Below, in pieces: positions 1 through 8,134 of a stretch of 64,000 nucleotides of DNA. The position numbers and the translations under genes were made by a program. Under the pieces are notes generated by a model, which saw nothing but the letters and a program-made list of their open reading frames with translations, did no database searches and had not been told where the DNA came from. The stretch covers positions 6,163-70,162 of the forward strand of contig CAZGUZ010000001.1 of assembly GCA_964529025.1 (NCBI GenBank). The letters run 5' to 3'. The stretch comes from an uncultured Candidatus Saccharibacteria bacterium (GTDB lineage Bacteria > Patescibacteriota > Minisyncoccia > Phycocordibacterales > PALSA-1337). How positions within the stretch are numbered: position 1 is the first letter of the stretch; each line of letters starts with the position of its first letter.

Positions 1-95
1 GTAAAGGATTTATTTCTAAATGATTACAAAAACGGATTTCAAGAAAATGTGCAGGAATTATTCATTAAGCTCGCTGAGCGAAGACATATATAAAC

Positions 96-731
96 ATGAA
101 ATTATTTTTAGGAGGCGGTGGCGGAGGTGCTGATTCAATTGAACTCGACAAGAAATTTGTTGCATCCTTGGATTTATCTAAACCATTGCTCTACATCCCT
201 ATCGCCACAAATACCGCCAAGTATCCTTATTCTGGCTGTGTTACTTGGCTTTCAAGTGTGCTTGGACCTCTTGGCGTTAAGAATATCGTTATGTGGACTG
301 AAGAGGATTTAAAAGCAAAGACGAAGGAAGAATTTGCGCTTTTCTCTGGAATATACATCGGGGGTGGTAATACATACAAATTACTCAAAGAACTTAAGGA
401 ATTTGGAACTTTTGATATTCTTTCAATACTTGCAAAAGAAGGTATGTCGATTTATGGAGGAAGTGCAGGGGCGATTATATTGGCAAAGACAATAATTCCT
501 GCTAGGTTTCTTGATGAAAATAAAGTGGGTCTGACAGATTTCTCAGCCCTTGATCTTGTTCAAGGTTATAATATTTGGTGCCACTACACCGGCGCTGAGG
601 ATGATTCGATTATCGATTACATGAAAAAATATAATTTACAAAAGATTATTGCAATACCAGAAAACGCAGGTTTGATAGTGAGTGAAAAAGAGATTGAGGA
701 AGTTGGTCCAGGTAAAGTTAAATTCTTTTAA
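96..731 (+). CDS. Peptidase family S51 (dipeptidase E / cyanophycinase-like)
   Basis: 211-aa ORF with a GGSAGA serine-nucleophile motif and overall PepE-like architecture. The call rests on my recognition of the motif, not a database search. Confidence 0.5.
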   Translation: MKLFLGGGGGGADSIELDKKFVASLDLSKPLLYIPIATNTAKYPYSGCVTWLSSVLGPLGVKNIVMWTEEDLKAKTKEEFALFSGIYIGGGNTYKLLKELKEFGTFDILSILAKEGMSIYGGSAGAIILAKTIIPARFLDENKVGLTDFSALDLVQGYNIWCHYTGAEDDSIIDYMKKYNLQKIIAIPENAGLIVSEKEIEEVGPGKVKFF

Positions 732-880
732 CTCTAATTTGGTATCGCTTGTTTAGGCTCGAACCCCACCCTAAAAGGTAAAAAGGTCTTTGTAAATTAC
801 CATTCTTTCATCATGACGCTCATAGAAAGTCGTCAGGTGGCTGAAAAAGAATTTGAGCGCGCTCGAACCTCTAAAATATC

Positions 881-922
881 AAGCAATAAAAGACGAAACC
901 CCACAAATTGTGAGGTTTCGTC
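881..922 (-). terminator. Rho-independent terminator on the minus strand, downstream of the tRNA-Asn locus
   Basis: 9-bp inverted repeat GACGAAACC / GGTTTCGTC at 892..922. On the minus strand it is followed by a T-rich tract, which is the complement of the A-rich tract at 881..891. Confidence 0.4.
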
Positions 923-928
923 ACTAGG

Positions 929-947
929 GCTCCGGCGGCAGGGATCG
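929..947. repeat. 19-nt exact direct repeat of the tRNA-Asn 3' end (gctccggcggcagggatcg); second copy at 1098..1116 lies inside the tRNA
   Basis: Identical 19-mer at 929..947 and 1098..1116, read directly from the sequence. The roughly 150-bp spacer between the copies is GC-rich, about 60%. Confidence 0.7.
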
Positions 948-1098
948 GTCACGAATAATTTCCTCGCCGTCGCTCGGAAATTTTCTCGACCCCGGCTCGC
1001 GACCTCGCGTTCTCGCTCGGTATCCGCTCCGCCCTTCTCACTCTGCCGTGCGGGTAAAAGAAAAAGCACCAGCTTTGCTGGCACTTTTTCATTTACTG

Positions 1099-1170
1099 CT
1101 CCGGCGGCAGGGATCGAACCTGCGACCAATCGCTTAACAGGCGACTGCTCTACCGCTGAGCTACACCGGA
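1099..1170 (-). tRNA. tRNA-Asn (anticodon GTT)
   Basis: The reverse complement folds as a cloverleaf. Acceptor stem is UCCGGUG/CGCCGGA. D-arm is AGCTCAGCGGTAGAGC. Anticodon stem is GTCGC/GCGAT with loop CTGTTAA. T-arm is GCAGG-TTCGATC-CCTGC. No CCA is encoded. Confidence 0.8.
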
Positions 1171-1320
1171 ATGTTTGTAACACCTTGCTACGATACTCTT
1201 ATAAGCACCGTACGTGCCTATAGTAGCAAAATGTACAAAAAAATCAAAGGTTTTGAACATTACTTATACTTGGCTTATATTACGAACAACACCTCGTGCG
1301 CAAAGCAAACTGGCAAACAC

Positions 1321-1821
1321 TTAACACTCTGCCAAGTCTCGATTTATTTCGTCTTCAGCTTGTTTTGCTAGTTCTAAGAAAATACCAATCTCATTCAGGG
1401 TAAATGTTCGTGGAATAATATCTTTAATGCAAAATACTCCAACTGCTTGAATGGTTCCCTTTTCGTAGAGCGACTTCCCTGCATAAAAACGAATATATGG
1501 GTGACTCGTAACCATTGGATTATCAAAAAATCGCTGATCTTTGTGTGTATCCTCAACAATCATTATGTCTTCTTGCAAAATTGCATGTCCACAAAACGAA
1601 ATCTCTCGAGGGACTTCTTTTACAGGCAAACCTTTAACCGATTTATACCATTCACGATCGCTATCTACGATAGAAATTGTTGATATTGGCACACTAAAAA
1701 CTTCAAGGGCTTTGACCGTAATCTGATCAAAACGTTCTTCGGGAACAGTGTCGAGGATTTTAAGTTTGCACACCGATGCAATGCGAGCTTCTTCGTGAGC
1801 GGGTTTTTGTGGTTGGATCAT
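1321..1821 (-). CDS. Stand-alone GAF domain protein
   Basis: 166-aa ORF with a GAF-like fold signature (…FCGHAIL…IVEDTHKDQRF…); recognised from memory. Confidence 0.45.
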   Translation of the reverse strand: MIQPQKPAHEEARIASVCKLKILDTVPEERFDQITVKALEVFSVPISTISIVDSDREWYKSVKGLPVKEVPREISFCGHAILQEDIMIVEDTHKDQRFFDNPMVTSHPYIRFYAGKSLYEKGTIQAVGVFCIKDIIPRTFTLNEIGIFLELAKQAEDEINRDLAEC

Positions 1822-1910
1822 AGAATAACTATAGTTATAATTACATTTTGACCACAGTGGGCTCTATGAAATATTTAAAACAGGCACAACTAGACACTAT
1901 GCTAACTACA

Positions 1911-2396
1911 CTAATCGGTAAGTACCGACTCCACCCCTACAAACATCGAAATCTCTCCGTGGATATCGAATACCGGCGATATTCGTAGTAGTGCCGAGTA
2001 CAAGGTTCCATCTTTCTTTTTATTGCGAACTTTAACTACCACCGATTTCTTTTCAACCTTAATATCGTGCCAAAGTTCTTTATAGAACTCTTGAGGCATT
2101 TGTTTACCCCACAAAGCAGGAGTTTTTCCTAAAATCTCGGTAAGCTTATAACCCGTAATTTTTTCAACCAAAGAGTTTGCATATAAAATTACACCGTTTG
2201 GATCGGTAATAACCACTTGATCATTCATGGTCTTAAAAATTGAATTGATAATGCCACAGCGATGACATTTTATTTCGAGGTCAACATTTTCCAAATCACC
2301 TTTTGCAAGAAGTTTTCCGCAATGAAAACATCGAAATTCTTTTTTATCTGAATCAGCTGGAGTCGAACTATGTTCGTGTGTATGTGAAAAGCTCAT
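1911..2396 (-). CDS. Com-type zinc-ribbon (CxxC…CxxC) fused to a PAS domain
   Basis: The N-terminal FRCFHCGKLL…IKCHRCGII is a Mu Com-like 4-Cys zinc ribbon. The C-terminal …VVITDPNGVILYANSLVEKITGY… is a PAS S-box. Confidence 0.5.
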   Translation of the reverse strand: MSFSHTHEHSSTPADSDKKEFRCFHCGKLLAKGDLENVDLEIKCHRCGIINSIFKTMNDQVVITDPNGVILYANSLVEKITGYKLTEILGKTPALWGKQMPQEFYKELWHDIKVEKKSVVVKVRNKKKDGTLYSALLRISPVFDIHGEISMFVGVESVLTD

Positions 2397-2520
2397 TAAA
2401 TTATTGAGCTTCGAGAGCCTCTATCTATTAGTACACAGCAAGTATACTACACCACAATAAAAATGGTGTAGGCGAATTTTGCTACATGTGGATAATGCCC
2501 AACCCCAAATGAGCTAGAAT

Positions 2521-2733
2521 GTGTATATGAAACTCTTATCTTATTTTGCAAAGAACTTTGCTGTTGTTGTGGGGCTTGTACTTATCTGGCGAGGAATTTG
2601 GTATATACTCGACGGCGTTGATATTCATGTTTTTGGTGGCGACCATATGCTCAGCAGCGTTATTGGTGTAATTCTTGGTTTTGTCATTCTCTATCTTCCT
2701 GATCATGATCTTAAAGAAATTCAAAAGCTTTAA
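2521..2733 (+). CDS. Small two-helix membrane protein (hypothetical)
   Basis: 70-aa ORF with two hydrophobic segments, co-oriented and directly upstream of the DUF2238-like gene. It may not be a real gene. Confidence 0.3.
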   Translation: MYMKLLSYFAKNFAVVVGLVLIWRGIWYILDGVDIHVFGGDHMLSSVIGVILGFVILYLPDHDLKEIQKL

Positions 2734-2773
2734 TACTCATTTTGACTCTTAATGCTGGTGGTATACTGAGAGT

Positions 2774-3424
2774 ATGAAACATGCAAATACATTAAATATA
2801 CTCACGGGAATATACGCTGTTCTTTTTATCTTTCTTGCAATCAATCCTCTTGATCGCCAAACATGGTTTGTCGAAAATCTTACCGTATGGATCATACTCG
2901 CTGTTATTTGGTTCTTACGCTCTAAAGGAATTACTTTCTCGACCACTGCTTACATACTCATGTTTATATTATTGTATTTGCACACTATTGGAGGGCACTA
3001 TACTTTCGAAAAAGTTCCTTTTGGCTGGGTAACTGACACTTTCGGTTTTGCTCGTAACCATTACGATAGAATTGCTCATTTTAGTGTTGGCCTTTATGCC
3101 TATGGAATTCTTGAGTGGATTCACCGAAAGAATATGGTCTCACGAAAATTTATTCTGTATACCTACCCTATTTTTGTTATTGCCACAATTGCTATGACCT
3201 ATGAGCTTATTGAATGGGTATATGCTGCATACTCAGCGCCCGAAGCTGGCGCCGCATACCTCGGTAGTCAAGGTGATATTTGGGATGCTCAAAAAGATAT
3301 GCTCGCCGATACACTCGGAGCAGTTGTCGCTGTCATTATGTATGTGATATTCCCCGCACATAAAAGTGGCGCGAGCGGCAGCACAAGCATTGACCAGCCA
3401 GCCAAAGTGCGGAGCGAAGAATAG
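2774..3424 (+). CDS. DUF2238 / YjdF-like integral membrane protein
   Basis: 216 aa and multi-pass hydrophobic. The HYTFEKVPFGW…FGFxRNHYDRIAHF motif resembles the YjdF family. Assignment is from memory. Confidence 0.4.
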   Translation: MKHANTLNILTGIYAVLFIFLAINPLDRQTWFVENLTVWIILAVIWFLRSKGITFSTTAYILMFILLYLHTIGGHYTFEKVPFGWVTDTFGFARNHYDRIAHFSVGLYAYGILEWIHRKNMVSRKFILYTYPIFVIATIAMTYELIEWVYAAYSAPEAGAAYLGSQGDIWDAQKDMLADTLGAVVAVIMYVIFPAHKSGASGSTSIDQPAKVRSEE

Positions 3425-3453
3425 AATACTGCTTGCAGAATATACAATAAAGG

Positions 3454-3490
3454 AAGCCGGCTTTCGCTTGCGAAAGCCGGCTTTTTGCCT
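3454..3490. terminator. Bidirectional intrinsic terminator
   Basis: 13-bp perfect stem AAGCCGGCTTTCG / CGAAAGCCGGCTT with a 4-nt loop. A T-run follows on the plus strand and a T-rich tract on the minus strand. It sits between convergent genes. Confidence 0.6.
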
Positions 3491-3502
3491 ACCACCAACA
3501 AC

Positions 3503-4180
3503 TTACCTGCTCTCACTGGTCGTAGCCAGCGTGAGCAATGCTCGGGCAAACACGGTAATTCGTATGCCCGAAGATTCAAGGGTACTAACTGCTCGCTTAT
3601 ATGCCTTTGAGATCGCCTGAGGGGTAACGCGATATTTCTTCGCCAGAGACTTTCGCACAACCCTCCGACCAAGAAAACTATGCTTATCAGGGCACACACC
3701 GAGCCTTTGGCACAAGACCTGCCAAAGCGAGTACCTGCAACGCTCACCCTGAAGAATCCGCCGTGCTCGCTCAACAAGTAAGTGAGCGCTGCGAACATCT
3801 TCTTGGTGTGCAACCATATCAAATGGTGTTGTGTGGCTTGAGCCATACCACTCAAAAGCAACTGTGGAAGTTTCAAAAAAATAAGTTCGAACTTTACCGG
3901 TCCAATACTTATTATTTGCCACAACCACAGTTGCCATTGTGCGCATGACTTCCATAGCGGCGCGCCGTGCAATGCTTTGGATGAATCCAGCAAAATTTTG
4001 GAACTTACGTCCCACCTTGCCCCACACTTCCTTAAGTACCTTAAGACGCGCCTCTTGCATAGCATCGTCAAAATACATGCTTGCATGACCGAGCACTGCG
4101 CTAACCGCTCTGCGCAAAAGCCCTTCACACCCAACAAGAAACTCAACCGGGTCCAGTTCATTGCTTGCACTCATATTCAT
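3503..4180 (-). CDS. ECF-type sigma-70 family protein (sigma region 2 and region 4), located in a GC-elevated island
   Basis: Region-2-like …FAGFIQSIARRAAMEVMR… and region-4 HTH …LAKKYRVTPQAISKAYKRAVSTLE…. Local GC is about 50% against about 38% in flanking genes, by eye. Confidence 0.5.
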   Translation of the reverse strand: MNMSASNELDPVEFLVGCEGLLRRAVSAVLGHASMYFDDAMQEARLKVLKEVWGKVGRKFQNFAGFIQSIARRAAMEVMRTMATVVVANNKYWTGKVRTYFFETSTVAFEWYGSSHTTPFDMVAHQEDVRSAHLLVERARRILQGERCRYSLWQVLCQRLGVCPDKHSFLGRRVVRKSLAKKYRVTPQAISKAYKRAVSTLESSGIRITVFARALLTLATTSESR

Positions 4181-4299
4181 AATAAAAAGCCTCCTACTTT
4201 ATAGTAGAGTCAGTTAAGCTTGGCGTCAATTTTTCTAGGAGCAAAGAGCTATCAACAGAACAACATACTCACGCAACAAACTCACTATATAATATAGAT

Positions 4300-5004
4300 A
4301 TGAAAACATCGCATATAGTACTTGTCGGTATTATTTTATTACTTATTGGTGTCATTATTCGTTTAGGTGTTAATAATTTCCACGGGAATAAAGGCATGGG
4401 TCCTGGGGATCGCAATGAATATTCTCAAGAATATGGAAGACAAAAAGATGTTCCAAAGAATATACGACCTGCGAGCGAAACTACAACAAAAGATCCTGCC
4501 ACAGGCCAAACTACTACAGCAAATTCAGGAAACAATTCAGGAGTAAATTCTGGAGTTATTTCAAGTGTTACTTTGCCATTCTTCAGTAACTATACCGTAA
4601 CAAAAAGTCAGGTTGCCCTCACCGATCTACCAGCAATTAATCCTAAGAGTCACTCTCTTGGTGCCGAGTACACAACTCGTTTTAGTGCAGCAAATGAGAC
4701 TGCTCCAAACTTTGCAGGAAAATACAGTATAGTTTCTTGGGGTTGCGGATCAAGTTGTGAAAGCGGTGCAATTGTAAATCGCGAAACTGGTCAAATTCTT
4801 GGACAGCTACCTGTTGTTGCTGAACGAGGACTCCTCTATGAAGCAGATAGTAAGCTTCTTGTAATTAACCCTTACGTAAACGACAACTATTCTAACTTTG
4901 AAGTATTGCCTACTCACTACTATGAATGGACAGGTACATCATTCAAGCATATTGGCTCATACTTTATTCAGAAAAATTCTCTTACCGTAGCACCAAAACC
5001 TTAA
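4300..5004 (+). CDS. Hypothetical membrane-anchored/secreted protein
   Basis: 234 aa. N-terminal hydrophobic anchor, a Thr/Asn/Gly-rich linker, then a globular region. No family was recognised. Confidence 0.45.
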   Translation: MKTSHIVLVGIILLLIGVIIRLGVNNFHGNKGMGPGDRNEYSQEYGRQKDVPKNIRPASETTTKDPATGQTTTANSGNNSGVNSGVISSVTLPFFSNYTVTKSQVALTDLPAINPKSHSLGAEYTTRFSAANETAPNFAGKYSIVSWGCGSSCESGAIVNRETGQILGQLPVVAERGLLYEADSKLLVINPYVNDNYSNFEVLPTHYYEWTGTSFKHIGSYFIQKNSLTVAPKP

Positions 5005-5040
5005 GTGCGACGTGTAGGTAAGGCGTATACTTAAATGCAA

Positions 5041-5268
5041 TTAATTGGCCGGCTCATCGAGTCGGTCAATTATTTTTGATGGTGAATGGTGGCCGGAGAC
5101 GAGTCGTAGTCGCTGTGTTCCTAGTTCAATCTTCATAATTTCAAGCATGCGGCGATTAGCACAATTATTAAGTGCCGGTTCTTTGACCTGCACAGCATAA
5201 TGAGTTGCATCAATCTTTTTAACAAGTTCTTTTCGGGCTTCTGCTTGAACTTTGACATGAATATACAT
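5041..5268 (-). CDS. DUF167 (YggU/UPF0235) family small protein
   Basis: 75 aa. …ALNNCANRRMLEIMKIEL…LVSGHHSPSKII… matches the DUF167 pattern (…KANxALIxxLA…G..SRxKxI). Confidence 0.5.
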   Translation of the reverse strand: MYIHVKVQAEARKELVKKIDATHYAVQVKEPALNNCANRRMLEIMKIELGTQRLRLVSGHHSPSKIIDRLDEPAN

Positions 5269-5332
5269 AGAGCAATATTAGCACAGAGTTATGTGTGGAT
5301 ATACGACATAGCATATATGCTATACTTATTTC

Positions 5333-6904
5333 ATGATTAAGAAACAACAGAAAAAACTGAAGCAACCTCAAAAAACAGAGGCTACCGAAACCCAGAGCGC
5401 CCTTATTAAGATCGGAAAAATGATTAGCCAAGTTCGCGAAGATCGAGGAATGACCCAAGCCGAGCTTGGAGCAAAGGTTGGTTCTACTCAAAGTTGTATT
5501 GCTCGAATCGAAAACGGCGAGCAAAACATTAGTACCGAAACACTCGCAAAAATTAGTAATGCTCTTGATCGCGAAATTGTTACCCTGGCTCCAAAAGGAA
5601 CTCTTAATTTTCGTATTCATGGTGGTCGTACACTTAAGGGTTCGATAACCGTACGAAGTTCAAAAAACGGAGCTGTTGGTATTCTGTGTGCTTCCCTTCT
5701 TACAACTGGTACAACCACTATTAAGAGTGCTCCTAAGATCGAAGAGGTTCACCGTATAACCGAGGTTTTAAATAGTATTGGTGTTCGCACAGAGTGGAAA
5801 GGTGATGACCTTGTGGTGACTCCGCCTAAGAAACTTAATCTGGATAATATTGATTACGAAGCAGCCGCCCGCACACGAAGCTGCATTATGCTCATGGCGC
5901 CGCTCATCCACATGTATAAAAAGTTTGACTTGCCCCAAGCGGGCGGCTGCCGCCTTGGCTCACGCACAGTTAAACCTTTCTTTTACGCTTTCGAAAAGCT
6001 CGGTATTACTATTGATACTGATTCTAAGTACTATACAGTTCATCATTCGGGCATAAAGCCAAATGAAATCATACTTTATGAAGCTGGCGACGTCGTTACT
6101 GAAACTGTCATTATGGCAGCTGCTAAAATTCCTGGTACAACAGTTATTAAATTTGCTTCGGCAAATTACCAAGTGCAAGATGTCTGCCATTATCTAGAAT
6201 TACTGGGCGTGAAAATCGAAGGGGTTGGCTCAACAACTGTTACAGTTCACGGGGTAGCCGAACTTAATCGTGATGTTACCTACCACATTGGTGAAGACCC
6301 TATTGAAGCTATGTCTCTTATAGCAATTGGCATTGTTACAAAGTCACCAATTACTATTCTTCGCTGCCCTATAGACTTCCTTGAGCTTGAGCTTCTTAAG
6401 CTCGAAAAAATGGGACAAAAGTTTAAACGCTCACAAACCTATCTTTCGTACAACAATAAAACTCGACTCGTCGACATCACGCTCATTCCTTCACAGCTCA
6501 CAGCCCTCGAAGAAAAAATCCATGCGCTACCGTATCCGGGAATCAATATGGACAACTTACCGTTCTTTGCAATTATCGGCTCGCAAGCAGAAGGTCAAAC
6601 ATTTATTCATGACTGGTCGTACGAAGAGCGAGCAATTTACTATAAAGAACTCGACAAACTCCGCGCCGACACCTTATTGGCAGATCCACACCGATTCTAT
6701 ATTAAAGGACCCACAAAGTTTAAAGCCACAGAACTTGTTTGCCCACCTGCCCTCCGCCCATCTGTAATTATTATGATAGGCATGATGGCAGCCGAAGGAG
6801 TATCTGTGCTCCGCAACATCTACAACATTAACCGAGGATATGAAGATCTGGCAGAGAGGCTTAATAAAATCGGAGCAAAAATCGAAACCTTCCGCGATTT
6901 GTAA
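5333..6904 (+). CDS. murA: UDP-N-acetylglucosamine 1-carboxyvinyltransferase (MurA) with an N-terminal XRE-type helix-turn-helix fusion
   Basis: Residues about 27–85 (…GMTQAELGAKVGSTQSCIARIENGEQNISTETLAKISNAL…) form an XRE helix-turn-helix. The rest is the MurA/EPSP-synthase fold, including the catalytic-Cys loop LPQAGGCRLGSRTV. Confidence 0.8.
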   Translation: MIKKQQKKLKQPQKTEATETQSALIKIGKMISQVREDRGMTQAELGAKVGSTQSCIARIENGEQNISTETLAKISNALDREIVTLAPKGTLNFRIHGGRTLKGSITVRSSKNGAVGILCASLLTTGTTTIKSAPKIEEVHRITEVLNSIGVRTEWKGDDLVVTPPKKLNLDNIDYEAAARTRSCIMLMAPLIHMYKKFDLPQAGGCRLGSRTVKPFFYAFEKLGITIDTDSKYYTVHHSGIKPNEIILYEAGDVVTETVIMAAAKIPGTTVIKFASANYQVQDVCHYLELLGVKIEGVGSTTVTVHGVAELNRDVTYHIGEDPIEAMSLIAIGIVTKSPITILRCPIDFLELELLKLEKMGQKFKRSQTYLSYNNKTRLVDITLIPSQLTALEEKIHALPYPGINMDNLPFFAIIGSQAEGQTFIHDWSYEERAIYYKELDKLRADTLLADPHRFYIKGPTKFKATELVCPPALRPSVIIMIGMMAAEGVSVLRNIYNINRGYEDLAERLNKIGAKIETFRDL

Positions 6905-6951
6905 AATAATTTAAAAAAATAACAGGAGGTTATTAACACAATAAAAAAAAT

Positions 6952-7593
6952 ATGACTCAATCAAACACAATTACTCAGGCTCTTGCATGGCGATATGCAG
7001 TTAAGACATTTGATGCAACAAAAAAGATTTCTGAGGGTGACTTCAAAACGATTCTCGAGTCTGCTCGATTAGCTCCAAGCTCAGTTGGTATTGAGCCATG
7101 GAAATTTATCGTTGTTAATAACCCTGAAATCCGCGCAAAACTCCGCGAAGTAAGCTACAATCAAACCAAAGTTACTGATGCTTCTCACCTTATCGTTATT
7201 GCGCAGCGAACCGACGCTCAGAACCTAATTAATGAAGCTGTTACACGAACTGCTCATAACCAAGGCAAAACCGAAGCAGAACTCGCTGGTTACCGAGGAA
7301 TGCTCGAAGGTACCGTAAAGCAATTTAGTAATGAAAATGACCTTCAGGCTTGGCTTCGTGCTCAAACATATATTCCTTTAGGTATGATGATTGAAACAGC
7401 AGCACTCCTCAATATTGATACTGGCCCTATGGAAGGTTTTGACCGCAATGCCGTTAATACCCTGCTAAATCTTGGCGAAAAAAACCTTGCTTCAGTAACC
7501 ATGCTTGCTCTTGGATACCGTGGCAATGATCCTTTTGCCCAGCTACCTAAAACTCGCCAGACTACTCAAGAGGCTGTAATTACGCTACCATAA
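6952..7593 (+). CDS. Nitroreductase family protein (NfsB-like)
   Basis: 213 aa. WRYAVKTFD…PSSVGIEPWKFIVV… is a typical NAD(P)H nitroreductase N-terminus. Confidence 0.7.
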   Translation: MTQSNTITQALAWRYAVKTFDATKKISEGDFKTILESARLAPSSVGIEPWKFIVVNNPEIRAKLREVSYNQTKVTDASHLIVIAQRTDAQNLINEAVTRTAHNQGKTEAELAGYRGMLEGTVKQFSNENDLQAWLRAQTYIPLGMMIETAALLNIDTGPMEGFDRNAVNTLLNLGEKNLASVTMLALGYRGNDPFAQLPKTRQTTQEAVITLP

Positions 7594-7681
7594 AGTATTA
7601 TCACATCTTGCATTAATACTTATTTTTCTTAAGGTGGAACAACATCCGCTTATACACAAGAAATATTCCAAACTTAAATAT

Positions 7682-7710
7682 TTGACTTTTGGGGCTGATA
7701 TGATTAGATA
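7682..7710 (+). promoter_or_regulatory. Putative sigma-70 promoter (TTGACT –17 nt– TAGATA) for a small orphan unit
   Basis: -35 TTGACT at 7682..7687, a 17-nt spacer, and a -10-like TAGATA at 7705..7710. An ATG follows at 7719, so the transcript would be leaderless or nearly so. Confidence 0.3.
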
Positions 7711-7718
7711 AACTTAGC

Positions 7719-7952
7719 ATGATTGCACATATTGTATTTAGTAATGGGAAAGAGACAACCCGCCATCCCAAGAAGAATCAGATTGAACTTCTCATCCAAG
7801 AAGTTGTGAGGTGGCGCGGAGTCGTACTGTCGGTTACACTTACAGACAATGGCAGCAAAACTATTGCCGTCTGGGAGAGGGTTGGTACAAGCCCACAATG
7901 TATGACCCTCACCCGAATGACACGGGAGTACGCAGAGCTCCAAGCAGCCTAG
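7719..7952 (+). CDS. Small hypothetical protein (77 aa), or alternatively a non-coding RNA transcript
   Basis: An ORF bounded upstream by a promoter-like element and 3' by a strong terminator. Local GC is elevated. No homology was recognised. Confidence 0.3.
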   Translation: MIAHIVFSNGKETTRHPKKNQIELLIQEVVRWRGVVLSVTLTDNGSKTIAVWERVGTSPQCMTLTRMTREYAELQAA

Positions 7953-7967
7953 ATCTTGGTGTCTCTG

Positions 7968-8000
7968 AGCGCCAGGGCATATATGCTCTGGCGCTTTTTT
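7968..8000 (+). terminator. Strong rho-independent terminator
   Basis: 8-bp GC-rich stem AGCGCCAG / CTGGCGCT with a 12-nt loop, followed by TTTTTT. Confidence 0.65.
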
Positions 8001-8036
8001 CTTGCACCACAACTCTCAAATATATTTTGAATATTT

Positions 8037-8065
8037 TTGACAAACAAAGCACTCAATGCTATAAT
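8037..8065 (+). promoter_or_regulatory. Consensus sigma-70 promoter (TTGACA –17 nt– TATAAT) upstream of the DEAD-box helicase
   Basis: Perfect -35 TTGACA at 8037..8042, an exact 17-nt spacer, and a perfect -10 TATAAT at 8060..8065. Confidence 0.55.
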
Positions 8066-8134
8066 AGTAATAACTTAAGAATATGTGTAGGGCTCTTGAG
8101 TGTTATTAATACCTGCACACTCAACCCATACATA

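Noticed and set aside
946-1098. Possibility that the GC-rich spacer beside tRNA-Asn is a tmRNA, SRP RNA or RNase P RNA
   Set aside because: No tag-peptide reading frame, no tRNA-like T-arm (the duplicate lacks a pairing 5' T-stem strand), no GGAAG/GUCCGG-type hallmark motifs, and it is too short for tmRNA or RNase P. The question is left open and reported as an att-like footprint or unknown ncRNA.
813-1223. ORFs 813..1223 (+) and 833..1183 (-) spanning the tRNA-Asn region
   Set aside because: They overlap a clear tRNA gene and a GC-rich structured spacer. They have no protein-like features and are most likely frame artefacts.
3289-4170. 293-aa minus-strand ORF overlapping the ECF-sigma-like gene in another frame
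   Set aside because: GC-rich DNA keeps multiple frames open. Only the 3503..4180 frame shows recognisable sigma-70 region 2 and region 4 motifs.
7811-8134. N-terminal 108-codon extension of the DEAD-box helicase ORF
   Set aside because: A perfect sigma-70 promoter (8037..8065) and a strong terminator (7968..8000) lie inside the extension. The in-frame ATG at 8135 gives a sensible start.
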